A stretch of 64,000 bases of DNA. Origin: Heterodontus francisci. Its lineage: Eukaryota. The stretch is from the NCBI RefSeq assembly GCF_036365525.1, contig NC_090415.1, forward strand, positions 11,036,001-11,100,000, written 5' to 3'. The translations under genes and the position numbers were made by a program. The notes below the pieces were generated by a model. That model did not search any database and had not been told where the DNA came from. It saw only the letters and a list, made by a program, of their open reading frames with translations. Positions 23,179 to 35,444 of this stretch are shown piece by piece (the first letter of the stretch is position 1; the number at the start of each line of letters is the position of its first letter).

Positions 23179-23526
23179 GCACAGTGGCGCAGTGGTTAGC
23201 ACCGCAGCCTCACAGCTCCAGCGACCCGGGTTCAATTCTCGGTACTGCCTGTGTGGAGTTTGCAAGTTCTCCCTGTGTCTACGTGGGTTTCCTCCGGGTG
23301 CTCTGGTTTCCTCCCACATGCCAAAGACTTGCAGGTTGCTCGGTTAATTGGCCATTATAAATTGCCCCTAGTATAGGGAGGTGGTAGGGAAATATAGGGA
23401 CAGGTGGGGATGTGGTAGGAATATGGGATTCGTGTAGGATTAGTATAAATGGGTGGTTGATGGTCGGCACAGACTCGGTGGGCCGAAGGGCCTGTTTCAG
23501 TGCTGTGTCTCTAAACTAAACTAAAC
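23179..23526 (+). mobile_element. tRNA-derived SINE, near-consensus, inserted in a CR1 tail
   Basis: ACAGTGGCGCAGTGGTTAGC...CCCGGGTTCAATTC...GGCCGAAGGGCCTGTTTCAGTGCTG, then (CTAAA)n. Confidence 0.92.
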
Positions 23527-24562
23527 AGTACAGGCCCTTCGGCCCACGATGTTGTGCCGAACCTTTCACCTACTCTAAGATCAAACTACCTGCAAACCCT
23601 TCTTTCTACTATCATCCATGTACCTATCCAAGAGTCGCTTAAATGTTCCTAATGTATCTGCTTCTACTACCAGCACTGACAGTGCATTCCACGCACCCAC
23701 CACTCTCTGTGTAAAGACCCGACCTCTGACATCGCCCCGTAACCTTCCTCCAATCACCTTAAAATTATGCCCCCTGGTGATAGCCCTTTCCACCCTGGGA
23801 AAAAGTCTCTGGCTCTCCACTCTATCTATACCTCTCATCATCTTGTACCCCTCTATCAAGTCACCTCTCATCCTTCTTTGCTCCAATGAGAAAAGCCCTA
23901 GCTCCCTCAACCTTTCTTCGTAAGACATGCCCTCCAGTCCAGGCAGCATCCTGGTAAATCTCTTCTGCACCCTCTCTAAAGCTTCCACATCCTTCCTATA
24001 ATGAGGCGACCAGAACTGAACACAATATTCCAAGTGTGGTCTAACCAGGGCTTTATAGAGCTGCAGCATAACGTCGCGGCTCTGAAACTCAATCCCCCTG
24101 TTAATGAAAGCCAACACACCATATGCCTTTTAACAACCCTTATCAACTTGGGTGGCAACTTTGAGCGATCTATGGACATGGACCCCAAGATCCCTCTGTT
24201 CCTCCACACTACCAAGAATCCTGTCTTTAAGCCTGTATTCTGCATTCAAATTCGACCTTCCAAAATGAATCACTTCACACTTTTCCAGGTTGAACTCCAT
24301 CTACCACTTCTCAGCCCAGCTCTGCATCCTGTCAATGTCCCATTGCAACCTACAACAGCCTTCCACACTATCCACAACTCCAGCAACCTTCGTGTCATCG
24401 GCAAACCTGCTACCCCAACCTTCCACATCCTCATCCAAGTCATTTATAAAAATCACAAAGAGCAGAGGTCCCAGAACAGATCCCTGTGGAACACCACTGG
24501 TCACCGAGCTCCAGGCTGAATACTTTCCATCTACTATCACCCTCTGTCTTCTCTGGGCCAGC
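23527..24562 (-). mobile_element. CR1-group LINE 3' fragment (RT C-terminus), fairly well preserved
   Basis: [22 protein letters not shown]...FADDTKV; LVRPHLEYCVQFWSPH; WNALS. Confidence 0.92.
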
Positions 24563-24564
24563 CA

Positions 24565-25345
24565 AAAACCAGAAGAGATCAATAAATCAAATGGCAGATA
24601 CAGCATGAATCCCAACTTCCCATTGCAGTGACTGACATGCACAGAGTAAAACTATCATCTATTTAGCAGAAGTTAACAAGCACCCTTCAAATGTACACTC
24701 ACAGAGTAGAAACTGTCAGTTCAAGGCAGAAGCAGATTCACACAGAACAAGATGAAAGATACAATGTGAACCTCATACTTAAATACCAGAAGCTGATGGG
24801 TATACAGTAAAACTTGCAATAGGATACCAGACACAGACAGATAGATAAAAGACAATATCACATAGCAGAATCTGACAAGTGCAGAGTAAACTGTATAGTA
24901 GCATATCAGAGAGTGACTGTAAAAGTGTAAATCAAGGACTACCATAAACCAACAAGTACAGAATAATGACCATCCTCACAAGAGTGATTCTGATAGATAC
25001 AGGGGAAATGTTACACTCACCATAGATGCACAGAAACAGAATACAACATATACACATAAAGTAACTGAGGTACATAGCAAAATCCACATTCAGAAACATA
25101 CAGGGAAAGTAAAACACATACTCACAAATCATGCACAGACAAAAGCCACATTCACATTACAGAGACTGGCAGATGCAGAGTAAAACCCACAATCAATTAC
25201 CACAAACAAAATGTTCCAGAATAAAACAGATATTTGCATTGCAGTAACTGACAACATGCTCGGTAAAACCCACATTTACAGATCAGAAACCAAAGGTTAA
25301 AGATTGATCCCACATTCATTTGCCAGAATATACGATGTACAGTGG
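24565..25345. repeat. Degenerate 41-bp tandem repeat array
   Basis: Same CACAT..CAGAAACTGACAG..CAGA motif; paralogous to 48900-49790. Confidence 0.65.
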
Positions 25346-25530
25346 AAATGAAAACAGAAAATGCTGGAAATAATCTGCAAATCTGGCAGCACCTGTAGAG
25401 AGAGAAAGTGAGTTAACATTTCAGGTCAATGACCTTCGATCAGAACAGACCTTTCTGATGAAAGACCATTGACCTGAATGGTTATCTCTGTTTCTGTCTC
25501 CACAGATGCTGGCAGGCCTGCTGAGTATCT
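25346..25530. mobile_element. Palindromic pair of Penelope terminal repeats
   Basis: Two inverted arms of about 80-90 bp around AACAGACCTTT; paralog 49790-50030. Confidence 0.75.
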
Positions 25531-26505
25531 GTGGAGAATGACTGCAGAATTCTGAGGTGCAGAGGGATCCAGGTGTTCTTGTGCTTGAGTCACAAAAAGT
25601 TAGTATGCAGGTATGGCAAATCACAAAGGGAATTGGAAAGTTATCCTTTATTACAACAGGAATTGAAAATTAATCTAAGGATGTTATGCTTCAGTTATAC
25701 GGGGCTTTGGTGAGACCACAGCTCGAATACTGTGTGCAGTTTTGGTCTCCATATTTAAGGAAGGAAGTAAATGTGTTGGAGGTGTTTCACAGGAGGTTTA
25801 TTAGATTGATACCTGGAATGTGTGGATGTCTTATGAGGAAAGGTTGGACAGACTGGGCTAGTTTTCACTGGAGTTTAGAAGAGTGAGGGGAGACTTGATT
25901 GAAGTGTATAAGATCCTGAATGGTCTTGACAAGGTGGATGGGGAAAGGATGTTTCCTCTTGTGGATGAGTTCAGAAATCGGGGGCGCTGCTTTAAAAGTA
26001 TGGGTCACACTTTTAGGACCGAGATGAGGAGATTTTTTTTTCCCTCTGAGCTTTGTGAGACTTTGGAATTCAGTGCTTTAGAAGGTGGTGGAGGCGGTGT
26101 CACTGAATATATTATTTTTCAGTCAGGTATTGATAGATTCTTGTCAGGCAAGGGAATCAAAGATTACTGGGAGGAGATAGGAGTGTGGAATTCAAGTCAG
26201 AAACAGATCAGCCATGATTTAATGGAAGAAGCAGGAAGTTTAGAGTGGATTTGAGGATTGTTTTGTTTTTTCATTTTCACCCAGATGGTGGTTGGAATCT
26301 GGAACACATTACCTGAAAGGGGTGGTAGAGGCAGGACCCCACACAACATTTAAGAAGTATTTAGATATACATTTGAAACGCCATAGCATACAAGGCGATG
26401 GGCCAAGTGCTGGAAAATGGGATTAGAATAGATCACTGATTGTGCCTGTGCCGGCCATCAATGTGTCTAAGGGCCTGTTTCTGTGCTGTATAACTCTATG
26501 ACTCT
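25531..26505 (+). mobile_element. CR1-group LINE 3' fragments
   Basis: LVRPQLEYCVQFWSPYLRK, RGDLIEVYKILNGLDKVD; tail AAGGGCCTGTTTCTGTGCTGTATAACTCTATGACTCT. Confidence 0.85.
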
Positions 26506-27490
26506 AGATGACAAATACAAAGTAAAACCAACATTCACATCGCAGAACTTGGCAGATTGAAAGCAAATCCACCATACAGTTCAGCAGAAACTAACAGAAC
26601 AGAAAGAACACATTATCACATACCATAAATTGGCATAGAGAATAAAATTCACATGCCCGTACCAGAAATTAACTTGTCCAGATGAAAATCCATAATCATA
26701 CAGCAGAGAGTGAGCTGTACTATTAAACCCAGCTTCTGCACTTGAGGCTAACATGCACAGAGTAAAAACAATGCTCATGTCTCATACCAGAAACGGCCAG
26801 CCGTAGATCACAACCCACACTCACATATCAGAACGGGCAGGTACAGTGTAAAATATCTCTTAATGAACCACTGACAGGGACGTGATACAGACCACATTCA
26901 TTCATCAGAAACTTACAGATACAGATAATAAACAGTACTTACATACAACAGATTGAAAGGAACAGGTTAAAACCCATCCTTATATGAAGATGTCTGATGG
27001 GTACAGAACACAGGTGAGGCTCCAAACCAGACACTGACATGTTGAGTGAAAACAACGCTGACGTGTCATCAATTAACATGTGCTGTGTAAAGCTACACAA
27101 AAATGTCACTTACTAACAGGTACAGAGACAAAATCAAACAACATTTCATACCAGAAACTGACAGGTGCAGATTAAAATCCAAATTCACAATTCAGAAATT
27201 GACAGATAAAGAGAAACACCCAGACTCCAAAAGCAGATATTAACAGATACATAGCAAAACCCACACTCACTCAGCAGAAGCTCATAGGGACAGAACAAAA
27301 CCCATAATCATCCACTTAGATACTGAATGTTACAGAGAAAGAAAGAAAAAACAGAATCACCTATTGAAGATTGAAATTACTGAATTAAATCACAAAATCA
27401 TTGACCATAGATTGCCCAATACGGAGTAAAAGCCACAGTTAAATATCACATACTGATAGGCACAGAATGAAACCCACAATCACATGTCCG
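26506..27490. repeat. Degenerate 41-bp tandem repeat array
   Basis: Same motif; paralogous to 55365-56315. Confidence 0.65.
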
Positions 27491-27529
27491 GCAGGGAAGG
27501 ACAAACATGACACGACCCAGAATGTCCAT

Positions 27530-27850
27530 GCATTTCCTCCTGCCATATTCCGTAAATATGACCAAATAGATTCTTTTGTTAACAGCTCAAAAACATCATC
27601 GCTGCCAGTGTTATCATATTATATTTGATCAACTCTTTCCACTCCACAACCCTCCATATTTTTTCAGACCTGTCTTGCTGAATATTTGTAGCCAGTAATA
27701 ATAAGTTCCCATGCCTCGCCTAGTTTCAGCCAGAATTATGTAATTGCCACTATATAAATCTTTCATGTGGTTACTTGTGGCTGCAGCTGACCAACCTTAT
27801 TTGGCACGCAACATAGATTTAAGGACTTGCACTTCAATGCTTGCACTTGC
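27530..27850 (-). mobile_element. Old CR1-like APE fragment upstream of H2B
   Basis: Minus strand LNLCCVPNKVGQLQPQVTT resembles the CR1 ORF2 start (NARSIxNKxxEL); shared by the three H2B upstream regions. Confidence 0.45.
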
Positions 27851-28145
27851 CCATGTCTGACCCCAACTATACTGGACGGTTCCGTCCTGGTGATGGACGG
27901 AAGTGCAGCAGGGACGGTACATCCTGATAAGGAATGGAAGTGTCGAGAAATTATATGTACAGGGTGAAAAAATAGACGTGTTCGTACCAGCAAAATGGAA
28001 ATGGTTGAAGAGGCAGAGGGACACAGAAAGTCATGGTTAAGGGCGGGCAAAGGGGGTTGGACGATCTGACTGCTGCGTCGGTTTGTGGCTGTGATAGGCA
28101 TGAAGTGTGATTGGTTACTTTAGATATCCAATCAGACAGATATAG

Positions 28146-28487
28146 CTTATATTTTTGAGATACTGCTCTGAAACAGGCCCTTCGGCCCACTGAGTCTGTG
28201 CCGACCATCAACCACCCATTTATACTAATCCTGCACTGATTCCATATTCCTACCACATCCCCACCTGTCCCTATATTTCCCGACCACCTACCGAGACTAG
28301 GGGCCATTTTATAATGGCCAATTAACCAATAAACCAGCAAGTCTTTGGCATATGGGAGAAAACCGGAGCACACGGAGGAAACCCACGCAGACTCAGGGAG
28401 ATCTTGCAAATTCCACACAGGCAGTACCCAGAATTGAACCCGGGTCGCTGGAGCTGTGAGGCTGTAGTGCGAACCACTGCGCCACTC
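28146..28487 (-). mobile_element. tRNA-derived SINE inserted in the H2B promoter
   Basis: Sits between CCAATCAGACAGATATAG and AACATCAGGC, which are contiguous at 59021-59049. Confidence 0.92.
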
Positions 28488-28499
28488 AACATCAGGCAG

Positions 28500-28582
28500 T
28501 GACATCATTGTAAACCAGCCAATCATGAACATGGTCATCTCCCATCCTTCATTAGCATAGGGTTCTGGGGATGCCTATAAAA
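28500..28582 (+). promoter_or_regulatory. H2B promoter (CCAAT, ATTAGCAT, TATAAAA)
   Basis: CCAAT 28519-28523, ATTAGCAT 28551-28558, TATAAAA 28576-28582. Confidence 0.8.
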
Positions 28583-28635
28583 TTCAAGCTCCGAGCGAAA
28601 TTTCGGTTATTCTGCGTCTGAAGTTGGTCGTGATC

Positions 28636-29016
28636 ATGGTTGACGAGAAGAAAACAGCAGCACCTTCCAAGAAGGGCGCCAAGAAAACTCAGAAGAAGGC
28701 GCCAACAAAGGGCAGCAAGAAACGGAGAAAATCCAGGAAAGAAAGTTACTCCATTTACGTGTACAAAGTGATGAAGCAGGTTCACCCTGACACCGGCATC
28801 TCCTCCAAGGCCATGAGCATCATGAATTCGTTTGTGAATGATATTTTCGAGCGAATCGCGGGTGAGGCTTCCCGCCTGGCCCATTACAACAAACGCAGCA
28901 CCATCAGCTCCCGGGAGATCCAGACCGCCGTGCGCCTGCTGCTGCCCGGGGAGCTGGCCAAACACGCCGTGTCGGAAGGTACAAAGGCGGTCACCAAGTA
29001 CACCAGCTCCAAGTAA
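28636..29016 (+). CDS. H2B: Histone H2B (126 aa)
   Basis: Canonical H2B fold; N-tail [26 protein letters not shown]. Confidence 0.97.
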   Translation: MVDEKKTAAPSKKGAKKTQKKAPTKGSKKRRKSRKESYSIYVYKVMKQVHPDTGISSKAMSIMNSFVNDIFERIAGEASRLAHYNKRSTISSREIQTAVRLLLPGELAKHAVSEGTKAVTKYTSSK

Positions 29017-29055
29017 ATATCCGCAATGTACTGAAACACACCCAAAACACAAAAA

Positions 29056-29071
29056 GGCTCTTTTAAGAGCC
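29056..29071 (+). terminator. Histone 3' stem-loop (H2B)
   Basis: GGCTCTTTTAAGAGCC-ACCCA. Confidence 0.95.
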
Positions 29072-29818
29072 ACCCACAACTTCTCTGAAATAGCTACAAC
29101 ATCATCATGATTATCGAATTTTTTTTCTGTTAATATGAATACTTTGCAAATTTTTGATGGCGGTTGTAAATCTCTGTTTAAATCAGTTCAGGTTAATGCA
29201 GATTCATTTTGGCCCCTTTGCTATATTTCGAAAATGAAAGCTGATTTAACGCATGATTTAAAGATGTTCTCAGTTACTTGGTTGCCGTGTTGAAGTTTGG
29301 CTATCTTTATGAATAAGTACATTGTTAAGAAACCCCGTTGGTTTAGGCACCCTCAGTCTCTAACCCGTGACACTGAAAATCTATACTCCGCTTTTGTCTC
29401 CTACGAAAAGGGATCAATCTAGAATCAGTGAGACAGTATAATTACGAAGATTGACCTGAAATGTGTCCGGTTGCAAAATACTGTGAATGAGTCTTTCAGC
29501 CGCTGGTTAGACTGCATCATGAAAAAGAATAAAGCAGAATACATGGCGGATTTACAAAAGCGAATCTGGGACAAAATGTGGAATAAAAAAATGAAAACGT
29601 TTTTGCAATGTTTTCTGCAAAACAATATAACCTATAAATGTGATATTCTATATTGATGCCGCTCCTTGTTTTACAAATATATTGGCGGGCTTTTCAAATG
29701 TGAAATATCGTTGGGAGCCTGACCATTTCGCGCTCTTATTTTCCGCTCTCAACTCACTGTCTTCTTGTGATTGGTGAATTGAGCAGCTCTCTGATTGGTT
29801 ACATGTACAGCACAATGA

Positions 29819-30328
<510 letters not shown>

Positions 30329-30358
30329 AGCGGCCTGACTTGAATCTGTGAACCCAAA

Positions 30359-30374
30359 GGCTCTTTTCAGAGCC
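30359..30374 (+). terminator. Histone 3' stem-loop (H2A)
   Basis: GGCTCTTTTCAGAGCC-ACCCA. Confidence 0.95.
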
Positions 30375-30792
30375 ACCCACTTTATCTGTGAAAGGGCTGG
30401 TTACTGTCTGAAAGACTGTAATATTACACTGTTATCATTGTTTTGTGTTGGAATGAAGTGTACTGGATTTTGGCATTTAGTTGCTCATCAGATGAAATGC
30501 ATTCTAATTCCCTCAGACCCTATTGGAAAGGCACTTTTACCATTCTACCCTTTATGTACCACAAACATTTGTTCAGTCCTAAAACGATCGCCGGTCTATT
30601 AAAATGCGCTGTGCACATTGGTATCGCGACTCTCGATCTTACAACTGTCACGTCATGAAATCTCCAGCTACCGGATGCAGATATAAGTAATTGTGTCTCC
30701 CGGCTTTGAGTAAATAAGTGATCAAAACCTTCTGAGACGTTTATGTGCTGGAATGAACAAGAGATCACAACTCTTTCTTTTGTCGATTTGGT

Positions 30793-30808
30793 GGCTCTTA
30801 AAAGAGCC
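30793..30808 (-). terminator. Histone 3' stem-loop (H3)
   Basis: Minus strand GGCTCTTTTAAGAGCC-ACCAAA, then HDE-like AAAGAGTTG. Confidence 0.95.
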
Positions 30809-30851
30809 GTTGTGGTATTTGATGCCGAACTCAGTTCCGGGCAGGGTCAGT

Positions 30852-31292
<441 letters not shown>

Positions 31293-31319
31293 TTAATGCT
31301 GAAGCTGCTCAGGGACTGC

Positions 31320-31491
31320 CTATTTAAGACAGTCGAAGGACCGCCCTAATGTTGTGATTGGATGAAGCCCCGTCCATCATCCAATTTGAAACGATGTCTG
31401 GGATGGAAAAGGGCGGTGGGAATTGCTGCTCCCTGATTGGTTGAACTGCAACTGAAATTTCATCAATTTCAAAAAGCCCGCCAATTTCAAA
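31320..31491 (-). promoter_or_regulatory. H3 promoter: TAAATA, CCAAT boxes, E2F/CHR-like element
   Basis: TATTTA 31321-31326, GATTGG about 31355 and 31435, TTTCAAAAAGCCCGCCAATTTCAAA 31467-31491. Confidence 0.7.
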
Positions 31492-31857
31492 TTAGCAAAC
31501 TACTCAAAGATTAAATAAAACCTAATTCGGCGGGAACAATTATAAAATCTCTGCTTTTAGCGTGATTTTTTTCCGCCCTGGATCCCCCTCTGTGTCTTCC
31601 AACACGGTTTGAATTGGGATTCATTCCCTGTTCGGTCTCTGGCGGGAATAAAGCTCCAGCCATTTCTTACTCCAACGGGAGTAAATCCGTTTCCACATCT
31701 TTACCGGCAGTTCAGGTCGGCAATGGACATGATCAAATGCAACCCAATACTGATCTGATAAAGTCCACATAACATTGGATGAGCTACAACAATTTCACAT
31801 CCCAAGACATCCCCGCTGCAGTTTCAAGGTCACTTATCTCTATATGAGGTTTTGGGT

Positions 31858-31873
31858 GGCTCTTATAAGAGCC
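31858..31873 (-). terminator. Histone 3' stem-loop (H4), loop TATA
   Basis: GGCTCTTATAAGAGCC followed on minus by ACCCAAA. Confidence 0.9.
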
Positions 31874-31903
31874 TTTTGTTTTTGGTAGACAAGGTCGATT
31901 TGT

Positions 31904-32224
<321 letters not shown>

Positions 32225-32270
32225 TTACACAAACCTAGTTCTGAATGAGAAACGAGTAGTTTCTGCTGCC

Positions 32271-32415
32271 TTTTTATACAGCCTGCCCCGACCTGACTGA
32301 GAAAGAGACAGAGAGCCAGAGGCGGGTCTGGAGGAAACTGAGTGATAGACAGAGCAGAGAAATGTCTTTGATCCTCTCGCTCCGCCTCCCACTTGCTCGA
32401 ACCGCCAATTCAAAC
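32271..32415 (-). promoter_or_regulatory. H4 promoter: TATAAAAA, site-II-like CAGGTCGG, E2F/CHR-like element
   Basis: TTTTTATA 32271-32278, CCGACCTGA about 32288, CCGCCAATTCAAA 32402-32414. Confidence 0.65.
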
Positions 32416-32931
32416 AAAAAACAATTCTCGACATTAGAGCTCAGCATAAAACATGGAGATTCGGCCTTTGTCACCAATGATAACAAAAACCGGCGGTCTA
32501 AATACGGATCTGTAACAATTAAAAGTTAGTAAAATACAAGCCTAAGTGCAGTGCTTCCGATCACAAGTCAACCTGTTTCCGCACACCTCTCCTCCCAGAC
32601 GGATTGAGCAGTTTACTGAAACCGAACCCCAGCTGAATTATACAAAATCATGTATTGGGGTTTGAGATGTGACGCGGGGTATCTCGCCCGTGTTACTGTG
32701 TTACAGGCTGTCACCCTGAAACGGGCATGAACTGAGACTTCACCGAACATATACCCAGGTACAGTGAGGCCCGGACATCCCTGATTTGTTACAGAGAGTG
32801 AGGAAGGGCTGGGTTGAGAGTCACCAGGGAACCTGGATTTACTTCAAATCATTTCTAGGTGAAATGTGCACACGACTGCGGGACAGGGATCATTTGATCG
32901 GGGGATCAGCTCTTTCCTGAGAGACGTGGGT

Positions 32932-32947
32932 GGCTCTGAAAAGAGCC
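32932..32947 (-). terminator. Histone 3' stem-loop (H1)
   Basis: Minus strand GGCTCTTTTCAGAGCC-ACCCA, then GAAAGAGCTG (HDE) at 32907-32916. Confidence 0.95.
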
Positions 32948-32983
32948 TTTGGGTTCAGATGTCTACAAGTTTCCCGTGCTGTT

Positions 32984-33697
32984 TCACTTCTTTCCAGGGG
33001 CTGCTTTCTGAGCCTTTGCTGCTTTCGGCTTCTTCCCGCCCCTTGATGATTGAACTTTCTTGGGCGGCTTTCCGCCCGTGGCCCTCTTGGTTTTATTGGC
33101 ATTCTTCGCTGGAGATTTTTTTGGAAGCGTTGCTTTCTTTACCGCCTTCTTTGGCGTTGCCGTCTTCTTGCTGCTCACTTTCTTGGCTGCTGTCTTCTTG
33201 CTGCTCACTTTCTTGGCTGCTGTCTTCTTGCTGCTCACTTTCTTGGCGACTATTTTCTTCCCTGGGGATTTCTTGGCTGTTTTCTTTGTGATCTGTTTCT
33301 TGGCAGCTGTTTTCTTCACTAAAGATCTCTTGGCTGCTCCTGTCTTAATCTTCTTCACCACATTTCCCTTCTTTTCCTGTTTCGCGATTTTGAAGGTGCC
33401 GGAGGCCCCCGTGCCCTTCGTCTGCACCAGGAAGTCTTTCGCCACAAGCCGCTTGATACTTTGCTTGATTTGGAACTTGCTCTTCTCCACATCGACACCT
33501 TTAACACGCAGAGCCTTCTTTATTGCCTGCAGTGACATCCCACTGCGGACACTGCATTCCGCCACAGTCTTGAGGATCAGCTCGCCCAACTTGGGACCGC
33601 CTGACCCCTTCCGAGGAGCCGCCTTCTTCTTCTTGGGAGTCTTGACTTGAGCGGCGGCGGCTGGAGGAGCCGTTTCGGCGGCTGCAGTATCGGTCAT
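32984..33697 (-). CDS. H1: Linker histone H1 (237 aa), divergent globular domain
   Basis: MTDTAAAETAPPAAA...GPKLGELILKTV...LVQTKGTGASGTFKI, then Lys/Ala-rich tail with S/TPKK motifs. Stem-loop downstream, H1 box upstream. Confidence 0.95.
   Translation of the reverse strand: MTDTAAAETAPPAAAAQVKTPKKKKAAPRKGSGGPKLGELILKTVAECSVRSGMSLQAIKKALRVKGVDVEKSKFQIKQSIKRLVAKDFLVQTKGTGASGTFKIAKQEKKGNVVKKIKTGAAKRSLVKKTAAKKQITKKTAKKSPGKKIVAKKVSSKKTAAKKVSSKKTAAKKVSSKKTATPKKAVKKATLPKKSPAKNANKTKRATGGKPPKKVQSSRGGKKPKAAKAQKAAPGKK
33162..33247 (-). repeat. 30-bp coding minisatellite, about 2.9 perfect copies (AKKVSSKKTA)
   Basis: GTCTTCTTGCTGCTCACTTTCTTGGCTGCT repeated. Confidence 0.95.
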
Positions 33698-33774
33698 GTC
33701 CAGGAATCTGCACAAAGTCTCTCTGTCGGTCAGAACTGGGTCAGAAATGAAGCTGGTGGTGGCGGCACTGAGCA

Positions 33775-33850
33775 ACTTAAAGGCAGTGAGCGGACGGGGC
33801 GGAGACAACCTGCTGTCAGCACCCGGCTCCTGCTGCCTCTCTGTGTTTCT
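33775..33850 (-). promoter_or_regulatory. H1 promoter: H1 box AAACACA, GC box, TTTAAG
   Basis: TGTGTTT 33842-33848, GGGGCGG 33796-33802, CTTAAA 33776-33781. Confidence 0.7.
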
Positions 33851-34877
33851 CTCTGGTCCTAAACTCTCCAATTCCACTGAAATTCGGGTATTCCAGAGTC
33901 CCAGGCTAGATCCTTCCTGTCTCTGACATCAGAATGTTTGCTGTCACAAAGGTTTCACTTGAAGTAAAGACTCCATTTTCGACTGAAACCCGTTTCATTG
34001 CTGCACTGATGACTCTCTCTCAGCCGATCGCTGACATGTTCCATACTTTTCGACTAAAATCTTGAAATAAACAAACAAACAACACTGAATTCCCACATTG
34101 AGGATTAGAAGGGGAGCAAAGTGCTTCTTTGACTGGAAAATCTTGTCATTTTACACAAGAGGGACTCGGAAATCCGGCGATGAGACCAGACCCACAAACA
34201 CAGTGGCATTAGACTAACGCGCCCGTCCCTTTAATACACTCTCTTCCACAATATTCACATCCACACAATCTCAGGCCGAACTGTTCGTTAAATTTAGCGT
34301 TTCCAGGACAGGATTTCCCCTCCGCTCGGCCTGTTCTGCGGATTCGCGGCGGGTATTTGCATTTTCTAGACTCAGTAAGTGTTAAACACTCTGAGACTGG
34401 CGCTGCGAATGTTGTCTGTTTATCAGGTTCGACGGCAAGAGCCAATCACAGCTTTGAATCTGTTCAAACCAATATCGGCTTTGATGTTATTATATTGATC
34501 ACACACAAACATGTTTCCTGACGGTGAAAATACAAATTATGCCCTGTCTGTCCCTACATTCCATCCATATTTTTTTCTCGGTGTCCTGGACATCCCATTC
34601 TCAAGGAGAGACGTCCAGTTGCACAATAATCCCACATTCATACACAGTGTTTTTATTTTGTTCCAGGCAGTGACAGGCTGGTTCTCTCCGTGCTTAGTTT
34701 CAGGACTGAAGATGGATAAATACACCGTCAGATTCGAACATCCGAGCGGAGAAGTGACAGTGACCGTCTCACCTGCGGCACCGGTGGCGTGTTCACTGTT
34801 CCAATACCGTACGTCTCTTCAGCGTATCCATAACACGCTCAATAACTTCATTCCTCTTTCATATACAACAACAGAGC

Positions 34878-34930
34878 GACAGAGAGAGGGAGAGTGAAAG
34901 AGAGAGAGGGGTGAGAGAGGGAGGGAGACA
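34878..34930. repeat. GA-rich simple repeat
   Basis: (GA)n / GAGG runs. Confidence 0.7.
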
Positions 34931-35204
34931 GACCGTTTCAGTCTTACAATTTCCAACTGTGTGTCCCTTTCACACAGAATAACAGTATTTCACCTTCACC
35001 TGAATATTCAGAGAGAGAGACTATCAGTTCTCCAATAGAATGCATACATATAACACTCAGTAACTGTATCTCCAACATAGATACAGCACCAAAGGCAGAG
35101 GGAGAGAGACAGCATCAATAGCGAGAAAAAGGCAGAGAGAGAGAAAGATCTGGATTGGGGGAGAGGCTTGGAGGATGGTGAGATAGAGAGATATGTATTC
35201 ACTT

Positions 35205-35430
35205 AGAATCATAGAAGCATCGAAATTTTATGGCACAGAAAGAAGCCACTTGGCCCATCGTGTCTGTGCCAGCCGAAAAGAATTCCACCTATTCTAATCC
35301 CAGCTGCCAGCATTTGGTCCGTAACCCGCAGATTACGGCACTTGAGATGCATATCCAGACCTCTTTTGTATGAGTTGAAGGTTTATGCCTCAACTCCCCT
35401 TTCAGGCAGTGAGTTCCAGAACACCACCAC
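35205..35430 (-). mobile_element. CR1-group LINE 3' tail
   Basis: TAGAATCATAGAA...GGCCCATCGTGTCTGTGCC...GGCAGTGAGTTCCAGA. Confidence 0.65.
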
Positions 35431-35444
35431 ACACTTTTTTTCAA

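Noticed and set aside
34395-34436. Pol III gene suggested by GGTTCGA
   Set aside because: The B box is imperfect, there is no good A box, and no tRNA fold is visible.
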